Shown here piece by piece: positions 18,292 to 25,870 of a DNA stretch of 64,000 nt. The DNA comes from an uncultured Synergistaceae bacterium. Lineage in GTDB: Bacteria; Synergistota; Synergistia; Synergistales; 79-D21. The notes beneath the pieces are model-generated. The model saw only the letters and a list, made by a program, of their open reading frames with translations. It was not told the DNA's origin and did no database searches. Each line of letters begins with the position of its first letter. Within the stretch, counting starts at the first letter, position 1. The position numbers and the translations under genes were made by a program. The stretch spans positions 368,470 to 432,469 of the forward strand of contig CAZFSR010000001.1 in NCBI GenBank assembly GCA_964521575.1. The letters are read 5' to 3'.

Positions 18292-18392
18292 CCTCTAGCC
18301 CTCCTTTGGCTTGCAAGCGCCCAGCATGACCACAGGACGCTCGCGATCATGGAAACCACGGCGGTTCCGACCCACATGTCAAATCCTCCCAT
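18288..18392 (-). CDS. 34-aa small membrane protein, translationally coupled to the symporter
   Basis: MGGFDMWVGTAVVSMIASVLWSCWALASQRRARG. ATG lies 7 nt after GGAGGTG, and its stop TGA overlaps the symporter ATG (ATGA). Resembles the small accessory subunits found upstream of some SSF transporters. Below the ORF-track length cut-off. Confidence 0.5.
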   Translation of the reverse strand: MGGFDMWVGTAVVSMIASVLWSCWALASQRRARG

Positions 18393-18405
18393 TGCGATCA
18401 CCTCC

Positions 18406-18442
18406 AAAAAAATAAGGCCGCCAGCCCTGGGGGCTGACGGCC
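18406..18442 (-). terminator. Intrinsic terminator directly upstream of the small ORF/symporter RBS
   Basis: On the minus strand: GGCCGTCAGCC CCCAG GGCTGGCGGCC TTATTTTTTT. The T-run ends 5 nt before the GGAGGTG Shine-Dalgarno (14 nt before the ATG). Confidence 0.7.
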
Positions 18443-18654
18443 TTGAACCTTCTCACGGGTTGCGGATCAGGCGGTGAGAGGACAGGACCGGGCACCTCCG
18501 GGGCGATGCTGCGCCGGAGCGGTGGTATAGAGATAAGCCTGGCCCGTCCTGTTTCCGATGAAGTTATGGATGCCGTTTTGTCGCTTCATCAATTGGAAGC
18601 CTCACCTTTTGGAAAATTTGCGTCATCTTACAGGGGAAATCCCTGCCTTGTCAA
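18443..18654 (-). promoter_or_regulatory. Promoter plus ~180-nt structured leader of the symporter operon (class unknown)
   Basis: TTGACA (18654-18649), 18-nt spacer, TAAGAT (18630-18625). The leader can fold as a long nested rod: GGTGAGG/CCTCTCACC, ACAGGACGGGC/GCCCGGTCCTGT, CACCGCTCCGG/CCGGAGGTG. It contains a 40-codon ORF (18589..18467). Confidence 0.4.
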
Positions 18655-18665
18655 GACCGCCAAGG

Positions 18666-19544
18666 TTAATTCGATTGTGAACGCGAGGGCATGACGCGGG
18701 ACTCGGTCCCGAATGGAGGCGTGATGGCTTCCTCCGCCTGGAGCCGTGCGTCCTCGGCGAGTTTTTTGGCTTGCGTGGATGCGGCGCAAACGGCCTTCAT
18801 GAAGGCCGTCCGGACGCGCCCCTCTTCCAGTTCGTAGAGTCCCTCGATGGTGACCCCGCCGGGCGTGACGACGCTGTCGCGCAGTTCCGCAGGGTGCTTT
18901 CCCGAGGCCAAAAGGAGCTCGGAGGCCCCGATGAGGGTGTGGGCCGCCGACCGGAGGGCCAGGTCACGGGGCAGTCCCATGCGGAGGGCGCCGTAGACCA
19001 GGGCCTCGACCACCGTGTAGAGGTAGGCTGGCCCGCTCCCGGCCATGGCGGTCAGGACGTCCAGGTGGGATTCGTCCACCGGCTGGATCTCTCCCGTCCG
19101 CTCCATGATGGTCTCGGCCAGCTTCCGGTCCGCTTCCGTCACCCGGTTTGAGCAGGCGTAGACGGTGTAGCCTTTGCGGATTTCGACCGCGGTGTTGGTC
19201 ATCGCGCGGATGAAACGCGTTCCAGGGGCAGCCCGGTTCATGATGTCCAGCGATATGGCAGCCGCAAAGGAAATGACCGGCTTGCCGTCCGTGAAGGGCG
19301 CGATTTCCTGGAGCACCGGGACGATCTGGCGCGGTTTCACGGCCAGCAGGACGATGTCGGCCCAGGCTGCGGCCTCGGTGTTGTCCGTCGACAGGGCGAC
19401 ACCGAGCCCCTCCAAGGGTCGGGCCTTATTCAGTTCCCTGCGGGTGGCCGTGACGGGCCACTCCGGGGCGAGGGCCCTGGCCAGGGCTCCCCCGATGGTT
19501 CCTGCCCCGATGATGGCGATTCGAGCGCGTTCCTGCCTCTCCAT
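18666..19544 (-). CDS. proC: Pyrroline-5-carboxylate reductase
   Basis: 292 aa. IAIIGAGTIGGALARAL Rossmann motif and C-terminal VVTPGGVTIEGLYELEEGRVRTAFMKAV, typical of ProC. Confidence 0.85.
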   Translation of the reverse strand: MERQERARIAIIGAGTIGGALARALAPEWPVTATRRELNKARPLEGLGVALSTDNTEAAAWADIVLLAVKPRQIVPVLQEIAPFTDGKPVISFAAAISLDIMNRAAPGTRFIRAMTNTAVEIRKGYTVYACSNRVTEADRKLAETIMERTGEIQPVDESHLDVLTAMAGSGPAYLYTVVEALVYGALRMGLPRDLALRSAAHTLIGASELLLASGKHPAELRDSVVTPGGVTIEGLYELEEGRVRTAFMKAVCAASTQAKKLAEDARLQAEEAITPPFGTESRVMPSRSQSN

Positions 19545-19579
19545 GATGCATTCCTCCCCTTGACGGATGGTTGAAGGAT

Positions 19580-19613
19580 AAAAAAGGGCCGCCGACCCGA
19601 AGGTCGGCGGCCC
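19580..19613 (-). terminator. Intrinsic terminator 36 nt upstream of the proC start
   Basis: On the minus strand: GGGCCGCCGACC TTCG GGTCGGCGGCCC TTTTTT. The proC RBS AAGGGGAGG follows. Confidence 0.75.
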
Positions 19614-19635
19614 GAAATCCCTGGAATTGACTGAA

Positions 19636-19731
19636 TCAGGCTCCAGGACACGGCCAGCCTTCCCCGGGCTTGAAGCTCACGGGGCGAGGGCTGCACGGGA
19701 GGGCCATGTCAAGACGCCGATTCATGGACAT
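19636..19731 (-). CDS. Candidate 31-aa leader ORF upstream of proC (weak call)
   Basis: MSMNRRLDMALPCSPRPVSFKPGEGWPCPGA. ATG lies 7 nt after AAGGAAG. It has 6 Pro codons but no tandem run. It ends 22 nt before the terminator stem. Confidence 0.25.
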   Translation of the reverse strand: MSMNRRLDMALPCSPRPVSFKPGEGWPCPGA

Positions 19732-19796
19732 GCGGATCTTCCTTTCGCTGAAGCGATGAGAATTTCGCGAAACGATAACCTTTTTTCGCCCGGAAG

Positions 19797-21002
19797 TCAA
19801 GCCGTTGTCGACGAGGGGCCTGGCGCCGCCTGTCCCGGGGCCAGCACGTACGAGGCGGCTTCCCTGATTTTCCCCATGTCGGGGGAACGGAGAAGATAGC
19901 AGGTGTCTCCCATGGCCGGGCTGAAAACATCCGGGACCCGTTCGTGGTGGACAAGGAGGTTCCCGTAGGCCCGCAGGATGCTGTCGTGGTCGTGGGCATA
20001 GGCCCGGCCGTCCCTCCTGCCGAGGAAGGTACAGTGGTATTTCCGTTCGTAGGAAAGCGGGGCATAGGCCGGGTTGGTCAGCATCTCGGCCCACTCCGCG
20101 AAAAGGTCGATGTCCGAGGAGAAGTTGTACATGTCCAGGATCAGGCCTCCGGGAGGCCGGACGTTGATCTCCAGGGCGATCAGGCGGCCGTCGGCCGAGG
20201 TCCGGAAAAACTCGAGGTGGAAAAACCGCTCTTTCAGGCCGAACGCGGCGACGGCCCTGCTCCCCGCTTCGACGAGATCCGCCGGAAGTTCGCGGAGGGT
20301 GTGCAGGAAGATGTCGAGGCGGTCGTTGACCATCTCCATCATGCCGTCGGCATATCTCAGGGAGGCGTAAAACACGATCCTGCCGTCACGGTCTGCGAGG
20401 CCGTCGAAGGTGACAATGCTCCCCGTGATGAATTCCTCCATGAACATGTCCACGGGCGGCTTTTGGGCGAAAAAGCGTTTCATCCCGTCCCGGTCGGCGA
20501 TCTTCCAGGTTCCCGTTGCCCCGACCCCCTGGTCGGGCTTGAGCACGACCGGGTAGCCCACTTCCGAAACCATCTCGAGGGCTTCTTCGAGTCCGTGAAC
20601 GACCTTTCCCCTCGCCACGCGAAGACCGGCGCGGGAAAAAACTTCCTTCATCAGCGACTTCCGCCGCATGGGGGCCAGGTCCTCCGGCTTCAGGCCGGGG
20701 ATGCCGAATTCCTGCCTCAGGCGGGCGTCGCTGTCGAGCCAGTGCTCGTTATGCGACTCCAGGCGGTCGATGGGCCCGAACCGGTCCCGGAAACGGCCGA
20801 CCGCAGCGGACATTTGGTCGGCCCGGTGAAGGTCGTCGACCCGGATGACGTCCGTCAGGGCCGCCCGCAGGGCGGGGGCCAGGCCTTCGGGAGCCTGGTC
20901 CACGATGCCGAGGACATTCGCCCCCCGCCGGCGGAGGGCGACTGAAAAGTTCACGTAGTTGGGCGGGAAATGCGGGGAAACCAGGACGATGTTCAAGGGC
21001 AA
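19797..21002 (-). CDS. ATP-grasp domain protein (carboxylate-amine ligase-like), product unknown
   Basis: 401 aa. ATP-grasp core ...GYPVVLKPDQGVGATGTWKI...MEEFITGSIVTFDGL...LEINVRPPGG. Confidence 0.8.
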   Translation of the reverse strand: MPLNIVLVSPHFPPNYVNFSVALRRRGANVLGIVDQAPEGLAPALRAALTDVIRVDDLHRADQMSAAVGRFRDRFGPIDRLESHNEHWLDSDARLRQEFGIPGLKPEDLAPMRRKSLMKEVFSRAGLRVARGKVVHGLEEALEMVSEVGYPVVLKPDQGVGATGTWKIADRDGMKRFFAQKPPVDMFMEEFITGSIVTFDGLADRDGRIVFYASLRYADGMMEMVNDRLDIFLHTLRELPADLVEAGSRAVAAFGLKERFFHLEFFRTSADGRLIALEINVRPPGGLILDMYNFSSDIDLFAEWAEMLTNPAYAPLSYERKYHCTFLGRRDGRAYAHDHDSILRAYGNLLVHHERVPDVFSPAMGDTCYLLRSPDMGKIREAASYVLAPGQAAPGPSSTTA

Positions 21003-21040
21003 TCACTCCCTTCAGGGTGAAAAAGGCTTCGCGGAGGCGC

Positions 21041-21778
21041 TCAATAGCCCAGCTTTCCGAGAAAATAGGGCATCTGCCGCTGCCACCAGGGCCAATCGTG
21101 GTCCGCGTCGGGCCCCCAGAGATCCACCCAGGCCGGTACTCCCTTGGATTCCAGGATGGATTTCACGGCCAGGGTCTCCCGGATGGACTCCTCCTCCCAT
21201 GCTCCTTGCCCGGTACAGAGAACGATCCGGCTTTGCCTGTAGAGATCCAGGTACCACGGATCTTCCAGGGAGGGAAGGAAATCGAGGGGCGAGTGAAAAT
21301 ACGAGCCGTCCTCGAGGTTGTTTCCCAGGCTGAACGATAGACTGTACACACCGCTGAGGCCGATGACCGTATCGAAAACGTCGGGGTGCCGGAAGAATAT
21401 GTTTGCGGCGTGGTAGGCCCCCAGGCTGCAACCGGTAACCGAGATTCTCTTTCCTTCGGCGGGATTGCACCCGATGAACGGCAGGACTTCTTCGAGGATG
21501 TAGCGCTCGTAGGCTTCATGCCTGGCAACCTTCTCGAAGGTCGAAGCCCTTGCGTTCAGCCAGGATTGCCAATCCACGCTGTCCACCGTGAAGAGCCTGA
21601 GACGCCCCTCGTCGATGAAAGGACTCAGGGCCCCGGTCATCCCGAAGTCCTCGTATTCGTGGAATCTGCCTCCCGAAGTCGGAAAGACGAGGACATCCCG
21701 GCCTGCATGCCCGTAGACCTTGAGTTCCATGTCCTGCCCCAGGGAAGGGCTGTACCAGGTTTTGTACTCCGTCTGCAT
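21041..21778 (-). CDS. Esterase family protein (alpha/beta hydrolase, esterase-D-like)
   Basis: 245 aa. Nucleophile elbow GCSLGA and putative-esterase-type N-terminus. Lies 38 nt upstream of the ATP-grasp gene on the same strand. Confidence 0.75.
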   Translation of the reverse strand: MQTEYKTWYSPSLGQDMELKVYGHAGRDVLVFPTSGGRFHEYEDFGMTGALSPFIDEGRLRLFTVDSVDWQSWLNARASTFEKVARHEAYERYILEEVLPFIGCNPAEGKRISVTGCSLGAYHAANIFFRHPDVFDTVIGLSGVYSLSFSLGNNLEDGSYFHSPLDFLPSLEDPWYLDLYRQSRIVLCTGQGAWEEESIRETLAVKSILESKGVPAWVDLWGPDADHDWPWWQRQMPYFLGKLGY

Positions 21779-21906
21779 TCGGGCTCCCCCGGTGTAAAAT
21801 TGGTATGACTATTGAAAGCTATAGCGAAGCAGAATAATGGTTATCCCGCTCGATGTCAAGATAAACCCGTTCCATGCTTGCGGGAAAAATGAACGGGGGG
21901 ATGAAA

Positions 21907-22698
21907 ATGAAGAACATGCTGCTGCTTGTGGATCCCCAGAACGACTTTTGCGATCCGGAAGGCGCCCTGTTCGTTCCAGGAGCGGCGGGGGACGCTCGCC
22001 GGACGGCCGAGATGATCGATCGCGTTTCACCCGTTCTCGACGACCTTGTTGTCACGCTCGACTGCCATCATGTCCTCGACGTCGCCCACCCCCTGATGTG
22101 GGTGGACCGTGAAGGGAAGCATCCGATGCCCTTCACGCAGATCTCGCTGGAAGACCTTGAAAGCGGCACCTGGAACGCGGTCCGGCCGGAATGGCGGGAC
22201 AGGCTCCGGCAGTATGTTTCCGACCTCGAGGCTTTCGGGCGCTACCGGCTGACCATCTGGCCCGAGCACTGCCTCGTCGGCGGCTGGGGTTTCGGGGTCG
22301 TCCCCTGCGTATTCAAGGCCGTCACGGGATGGGAAAGGAGGCATGCGGCGTCGGCAACGCTTGTCCTCAAGGGGGAAAACCCCTGGACCGAACATTACTC
22401 GGCGGTCAGGGCCGAGGTTCCTGACCCGGGGGATCCACGGACCGCGATCAACCGCGTCCTCCTGGAAAGAATCCTCTCGAGCGACTGTTGCGCGGTGGCG
22501 GGCCAGGCCCTTTCGCACTGCGTGGCCAACACGGTCCGTGATCTCGTCGAACCTCTTGGGGGCGACCTGTCCAGGCTGGTTCTCATCCGTGATGCGACTT
22601 CGAGCGTTCCCGGTTTCGAGTCCATCGGCGAAGCGTTCCTGGAAGAGATGGCGGCACTGGGCATGCGGCTCGAGTCCAGCACCGCCTTCCTGTCCTGA
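21907..22698 (+). CDS. Isochorismatase-family cysteine hydrolase (nicotinamidase-like)
   Basis: LLLVDPQNDF (catalytic Asp region) and AGQALSHCVANTV (nucleophile Cys). The start is chosen 6 nt after the GGGGGG run. In-frame ATGs at 21901 and 21874 are alternatives. Confidence 0.75.
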   Translation: MKNMLLLVDPQNDFCDPEGALFVPGAAGDARRTAEMIDRVSPVLDDLVVTLDCHHVLDVAHPLMWVDREGKHPMPFTQISLEDLESGTWNAVRPEWRDRLRQYVSDLEAFGRYRLTIWPEHCLVGGWGFGVVPCVFKAVTGWERRHAASATLVLKGENPWTEHYSAVRAEVPDPGDPRTAINRVLLERILSSDCCAVAGQALSHCVANTVRDLVEPLGGDLSRLVLIRDATSSVPGFESIGEAFLEEMAALGMRLESSTAFLS

Positions 22699-22709
22699 AG
22701 CCCGGTTTT

Positions 22710-23984
22710 TCAAGCGCCCGATGTGACCCGGACCCGCTTTGCCTTGCCCTCGAACCGTTCCAGGCTGCCTGGGAGGAGGACCTTCACCGCGACGCGCAGC
22801 CCCAGCGCCTCGTGGAGGGCCCGCACGGCCTCTTTCTCGAGCCGCTCCATCTCCAGTTCGCCCAGGCCCGAAACGCTTTCGACCAATACGGCCAGGTCCT
22901 TCACATAGTTCTTTTCCGACACCTCCAGGGCATAGTTCATCGAAAGCCCCGCCACGTGTCCCAGCGCCGCTTCGACCTGGGTGGGGAAGACGTTGACCCC
23001 CTTGATGATGAGCATATCGTCGGACCGTCCCCTGATGCGGGCGATCCGGGTGGCCTGCCGCCCGCAGGCGCAGGTGCCGGGGATGATCCGGGTCAGGTCG
23101 CGTGTCCGGTAGCGGGCAAGCGGCAGGGCTTCCTTCGTCAGGGTCGTGATGACGAGCTCTCCCTCTTCCCCGTCCGGCAGGAGTTCTCCTGAAACGGGAT
23201 CGATGATTTCAGCGATGAAATGGTCCTCGTTGAGGTGAAGCCCGTCCTGGCAGCGACACTCGATCGCCACGCCGGGCCCCATGACCTCGGAGAGGCCGTA
23301 GATGTCGAGGGCGGGGACTCCCAGGCCCGCCTGGACCGTCTGCCTCAGGGCCTCAGTCCAGGGTTCGGCGCCGAGGATCGCGACCTTGAGGGAATGGCCG
23401 GGGCCGTGCGGGTTTTCTTGTTTCGATGCCAGGACTTCGGAGAGATGAACGGCGTAGGAAGGCGTGCAGGCGATCGCTGTGCTGCCGAGGTCCTGCATCA
23501 GCTGGATCTGTCGCTCGGTGAAGCCGGTCCCGGAAGGGATGACCGTCGCCCCGAGGTGTTCCCCCCCGTAATGGAAGCCGAGTCCCCCCGTGAACAGCCC
23601 GTAGCCGAACATGACCTGCAGGGTGTCACGGTTCGTGACCCCCGCGATGGCCAGGCAATTCGCCATGCAGTCTTTCCAGGCCTCGAGGTCGTTTTTCGTG
23701 TAGGCCACGATGGTCATCTTGCCGGTCGTTCCTGAGGAGGCGTGGACCCGGAGCAGTTCCTCCCTGTCACAGGCCAGAAGACCGAAGGGATAGGCGTCCC
23801 GCAGGTCCTGCTTCGTGGTGAAGGGAAGTTTCTGCAAGTCTTCTGCTGCCCGGATGTCCGACGGGGCGACACCGGCCTTTGCCATCTTCTCCCGGTAGTG
23901 GGGAACCCGGTCCCAAAGCCGTTTCACGGTATCCTGCAGCTTTTCCGCCTTCATGCTGTTTCCCTTCCGGTTCGTTCCTTCCAT
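22710..23984 (-). CDS. paaK: Phenylacetate-CoA ligase
   Basis: 424 aa from the ATG preceded by AAGGAGGAGAGAAAA. PaaK-type N-terminus (VPHYREKMAKAGV...LPFTTKQDLRDAYPFG) and AMP-binding motif SSGTTGK. The track start at 24053 adds 23 unlikely residues. Confidence 0.9.
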   Translation of the reverse strand: MEGTNRKGNSMKAEKLQDTVKRLWDRVPHYREKMAKAGVAPSDIRAAEDLQKLPFTTKQDLRDAYPFGLLACDREELLRVHASSGTTGKMTIVAYTKNDLEAWKDCMANCLAIAGVTNRDTLQVMFGYGLFTGGLGFHYGGEHLGATVIPSGTGFTERQIQLMQDLGSTAIACTPSYAVHLSEVLASKQENPHGPGHSLKVAILGAEPWTEALRQTVQAGLGVPALDIYGLSEVMGPGVAIECRCQDGLHLNEDHFIAEIIDPVSGELLPDGEEGELVITTLTKEALPLARYRTRDLTRIIPGTCACGRQATRIARIRGRSDDMLIIKGVNVFPTQVEAALGHVAGLSMNYALEVSEKNYVKDLAVLVESVSGLGELEMERLEKEAVRALHEALGLRVAVKVLLPGSLERFEGKAKRVRVTSGA

Positions 23985-24006
23985 TTTTCTCTCCTCCTTT
24001 GGCAAT

Positions 24007-24041
24007 AAAAAAGGCCGGGGCCCCTTTTGGGGACCCCGGCC
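24007..24041 (-). terminator. Intrinsic terminator (attenuator) abutting the paaK RBS
   Basis: On the minus strand: GGCCGGGGTCCCC AAAA GGGGCCCCGGCC TTTTTT. The T-run ends 22 nt before the paaK ATG, so there is no room for a promoter. Confidence 0.8.
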
Positions 24042-24059
24042 TCGAATCGGCACGGACGC

Positions 24060-24140
24060 CTAGGCGTCGGCCCTCCGAGGGGGTCCCACGCCGGTAAAAA
24101 AGAAGCGGACGGACATCTTTGAGTTAGTTGGATTCATCAT
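24060..24140 (-). CDS. Candidate Phe-codon leader peptide (26 aa) MMNPTNSKMSVRFFFTGVGPPRRADA
   Basis: Three consecutive Phe codons TTC TTT TTT (24104-24096). The stop TAG sits inside the palindrome GACGCCTAGGCGTC. GGGACCCC within the ORF is perfectly complementary to GGGGTCCC in the terminator 5-prime arm. No clear Shine-Dalgarno. Confidence 0.55.
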   Translation of the reverse strand: MMNPTNSKMSVRFFFTGVGPPRRADA

Positions 24141-24180
24141 TTTGTCATCTCGCGATTTTATAGGGATAAATTAGTGAGAA

Positions 24181-24210
24181 CTTATACCATGCCTCTCCGC
24201 TTTTCGTCAA
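24181..24210 (-). promoter_or_regulatory. Candidate promoter of the paaK leader
   Basis: TTGACG (24210-24205), 18-nt spacer, TATAAG (24186-24181). Lies 10 nt downstream of the murE stop. Confidence 0.45.
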
Positions 24211-24219
24211 GGTCTTATC

Positions 24220-25716
24220 TCACGGGACGACCTGAATGCCCCTAAAGCGGCTCCACTCCAGCACGCTCTCCTCGTCGTTGTAGGGAACGGGACCCTGGGC
24301 GAGGATCATGGTCGTCTCCGGCCCCTTCCCCGCCAAAAGGACGACGTCGCCGGGACGTGCGGCATCGAGTGCGGCATGGACCGCATCCCGCCGGTCCAGG
24401 ATGACGGAATGGGACCGGATCCGCGGTCCGTCCAACCCTTCCTCGATCTGCAGAGCGATGCGCATGGGGTCTTCGCTTCGGGGATTGTCCATGGTGAGCA
24501 CCACATGGTCGGCATGGGTCGCCGCGACTCGGCCCATGAGAGGCCGGTTTTCGACCGTCCTCTCCCCTCCGAGTCCGAAAACCGCGTGGACGGAACCGCG
24601 ACAGTTTTCCCCGACGGCCTTGAGAGCTTTCTCGAGCCCGTCGGGGGTGTGGGCATAATCGATGAAGCAGGAAACGCCGTTTTCGAAACGGAAGCGCTGC
24701 AGCCTGCCGGGCACGGGGGGTGCGTTCTCGATGCCCAGCCGGATCGGTTCCGGTCCCATCCCAAGGATCATGCCGAGGGCCGCCGCGGCGAGAACGTTCG
24801 ACACATTGTGAAGGCCCACGAAGGGGCTTTTGACGCGCAATGAAGCGCCGGATCCCGGAAGGGTGAGGTCGAGATCCGTCCCCTCGAGGTCCGCGGCAAG
24901 GACCCGGCCCCTGACCCCCGGCCCCTCCCCGACCCCGTAGGGAACCGTCCTCTCCGGGAAGAGTCCCGCGAGCCGCCGGCCCCAGGGGTCGTCGACGTTG
25001 AAGCAGAAGCGCGCCTCAGGGCGCGGATACTCGGAGAAGAGCCTGAGCTTGGCCTGGAAATAGCTTTCCATGTCGCCGTGGAAATCCAAATGTTCCGGGG
25101 TCAGGTTCGTGAAAGCCAGGGCGTCGAAGCGGCACCCTTCTAGCCGGTGAAGGTCCAGCCCGTGGGAAGAGGCCTCCATGACGCAGGCGGGCACCTTGTT
25201 TGCGACCATTCGCGAAAGCCAGCGCTGGACCGATGGGCCGTCGGGAGTGGTTCGGACGCCGGGTTCCTCGGATTTGCCGTCGTCGTAGACGATGGTTCCC
25301 AGGAGCCCGCAGGGCACCCCCCCATGGCGAAGGATCGACCGGGTGATCCAGGCGGTGGTGCTTTTCCCGTTTGTACCGGTGACGGCGGCAAGGCGCAGCC
25401 GGCTCGCCGGGAAACCGTGAACCGCTGCGGCTGCGGTTGCGGCCGCCTTTCGGACGTCGTTCACGCAGATCACGGGCAAAGAGGTGTCCAGGGAACGCTC
25501 AGCGAGAAAGGCTGCGGTGCCTTTCTTTTCCGCCGTGCCCGCGAAGGCGTGCCCGTCGGACTTGAAGCCCCTGACGCAGCAGTAGAGGGCGCCGGCCTTG
25601 ACGTCGTCCGTTCGGGTGCAGACGTCCGTAACGGTGGGATCGTCAGAGGCAGACCGGGCGAAAGCCGGGTCAAGCCTGGCCGATTCAAGGATCTGGAAAA
25701 TTCGCGAAAGTTTCAT
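24220..25716 (-). CDS. murE: UDP-N-acetylmuramoyl-L-alanyl-D-glutamate--2,6-diaminopimelate ligase
   Basis: 498 aa. VTGTNGKSTT P-loop and the DNPRSEDP (DNPR) motif associated with meso-DAP-specific MurE. Confidence 0.9.
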   Translation of the reverse strand: MKLSRIFQILESARLDPAFARSASDDPTVTDVCTRTDDVKAGALYCCVRGFKSDGHAFAGTAEKKGTAAFLAERSLDTSLPVICVNDVRKAAATAAAAVHGFPASRLRLAAVTGTNGKSTTAWITRSILRHGGVPCGLLGTIVYDDGKSEEPGVRTTPDGPSVQRWLSRMVANKVPACVMEASSHGLDLHRLEGCRFDALAFTNLTPEHLDFHGDMESYFQAKLRLFSEYPRPEARFCFNVDDPWGRRLAGLFPERTVPYGVGEGPGVRGRVLAADLEGTDLDLTLPGSGASLRVKSPFVGLHNVSNVLAAAALGMILGMGPEPIRLGIENAPPVPGRLQRFRFENGVSCFIDYAHTPDGLEKALKAVGENCRGSVHAVFGLGGERTVENRPLMGRVAATHADHVVLTMDNPRSEDPMRIALQIEEGLDGPRIRSHSVILDRRDAVHAALDAARPGDVVLLAGKGPETTMILAQGPVPYNDEESVLEWSRFRGIQVVP

Positions 25717-25870
25717 CGAATGGGGTCCCCTCTTTCTGGAAACGCTCGATTGTCTATTCTAAAGCGTTTAAACGGCAGCGCAAGAGTTCATCAGGGACGA
25801 GCGGTATTGCGGAGGGGAACCCTTTTGCTGTTTAATGGCGGAAATCTGATGTTTCTGCGGAGGCGCACCG

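Noticed and set aside
18443-18624. T-box or glycine riboswitch upstream of the symporter
   Set aside because: There is no sense-strand GGTGGTACCGCG-like T-box sequence; only CCACCGC occurs, in the wrong orientation. The glycine-aptamer order (GGAGAG ... ACCGAAGGGGCAA ... CTCAGGCAAAAGGAC) is not present.
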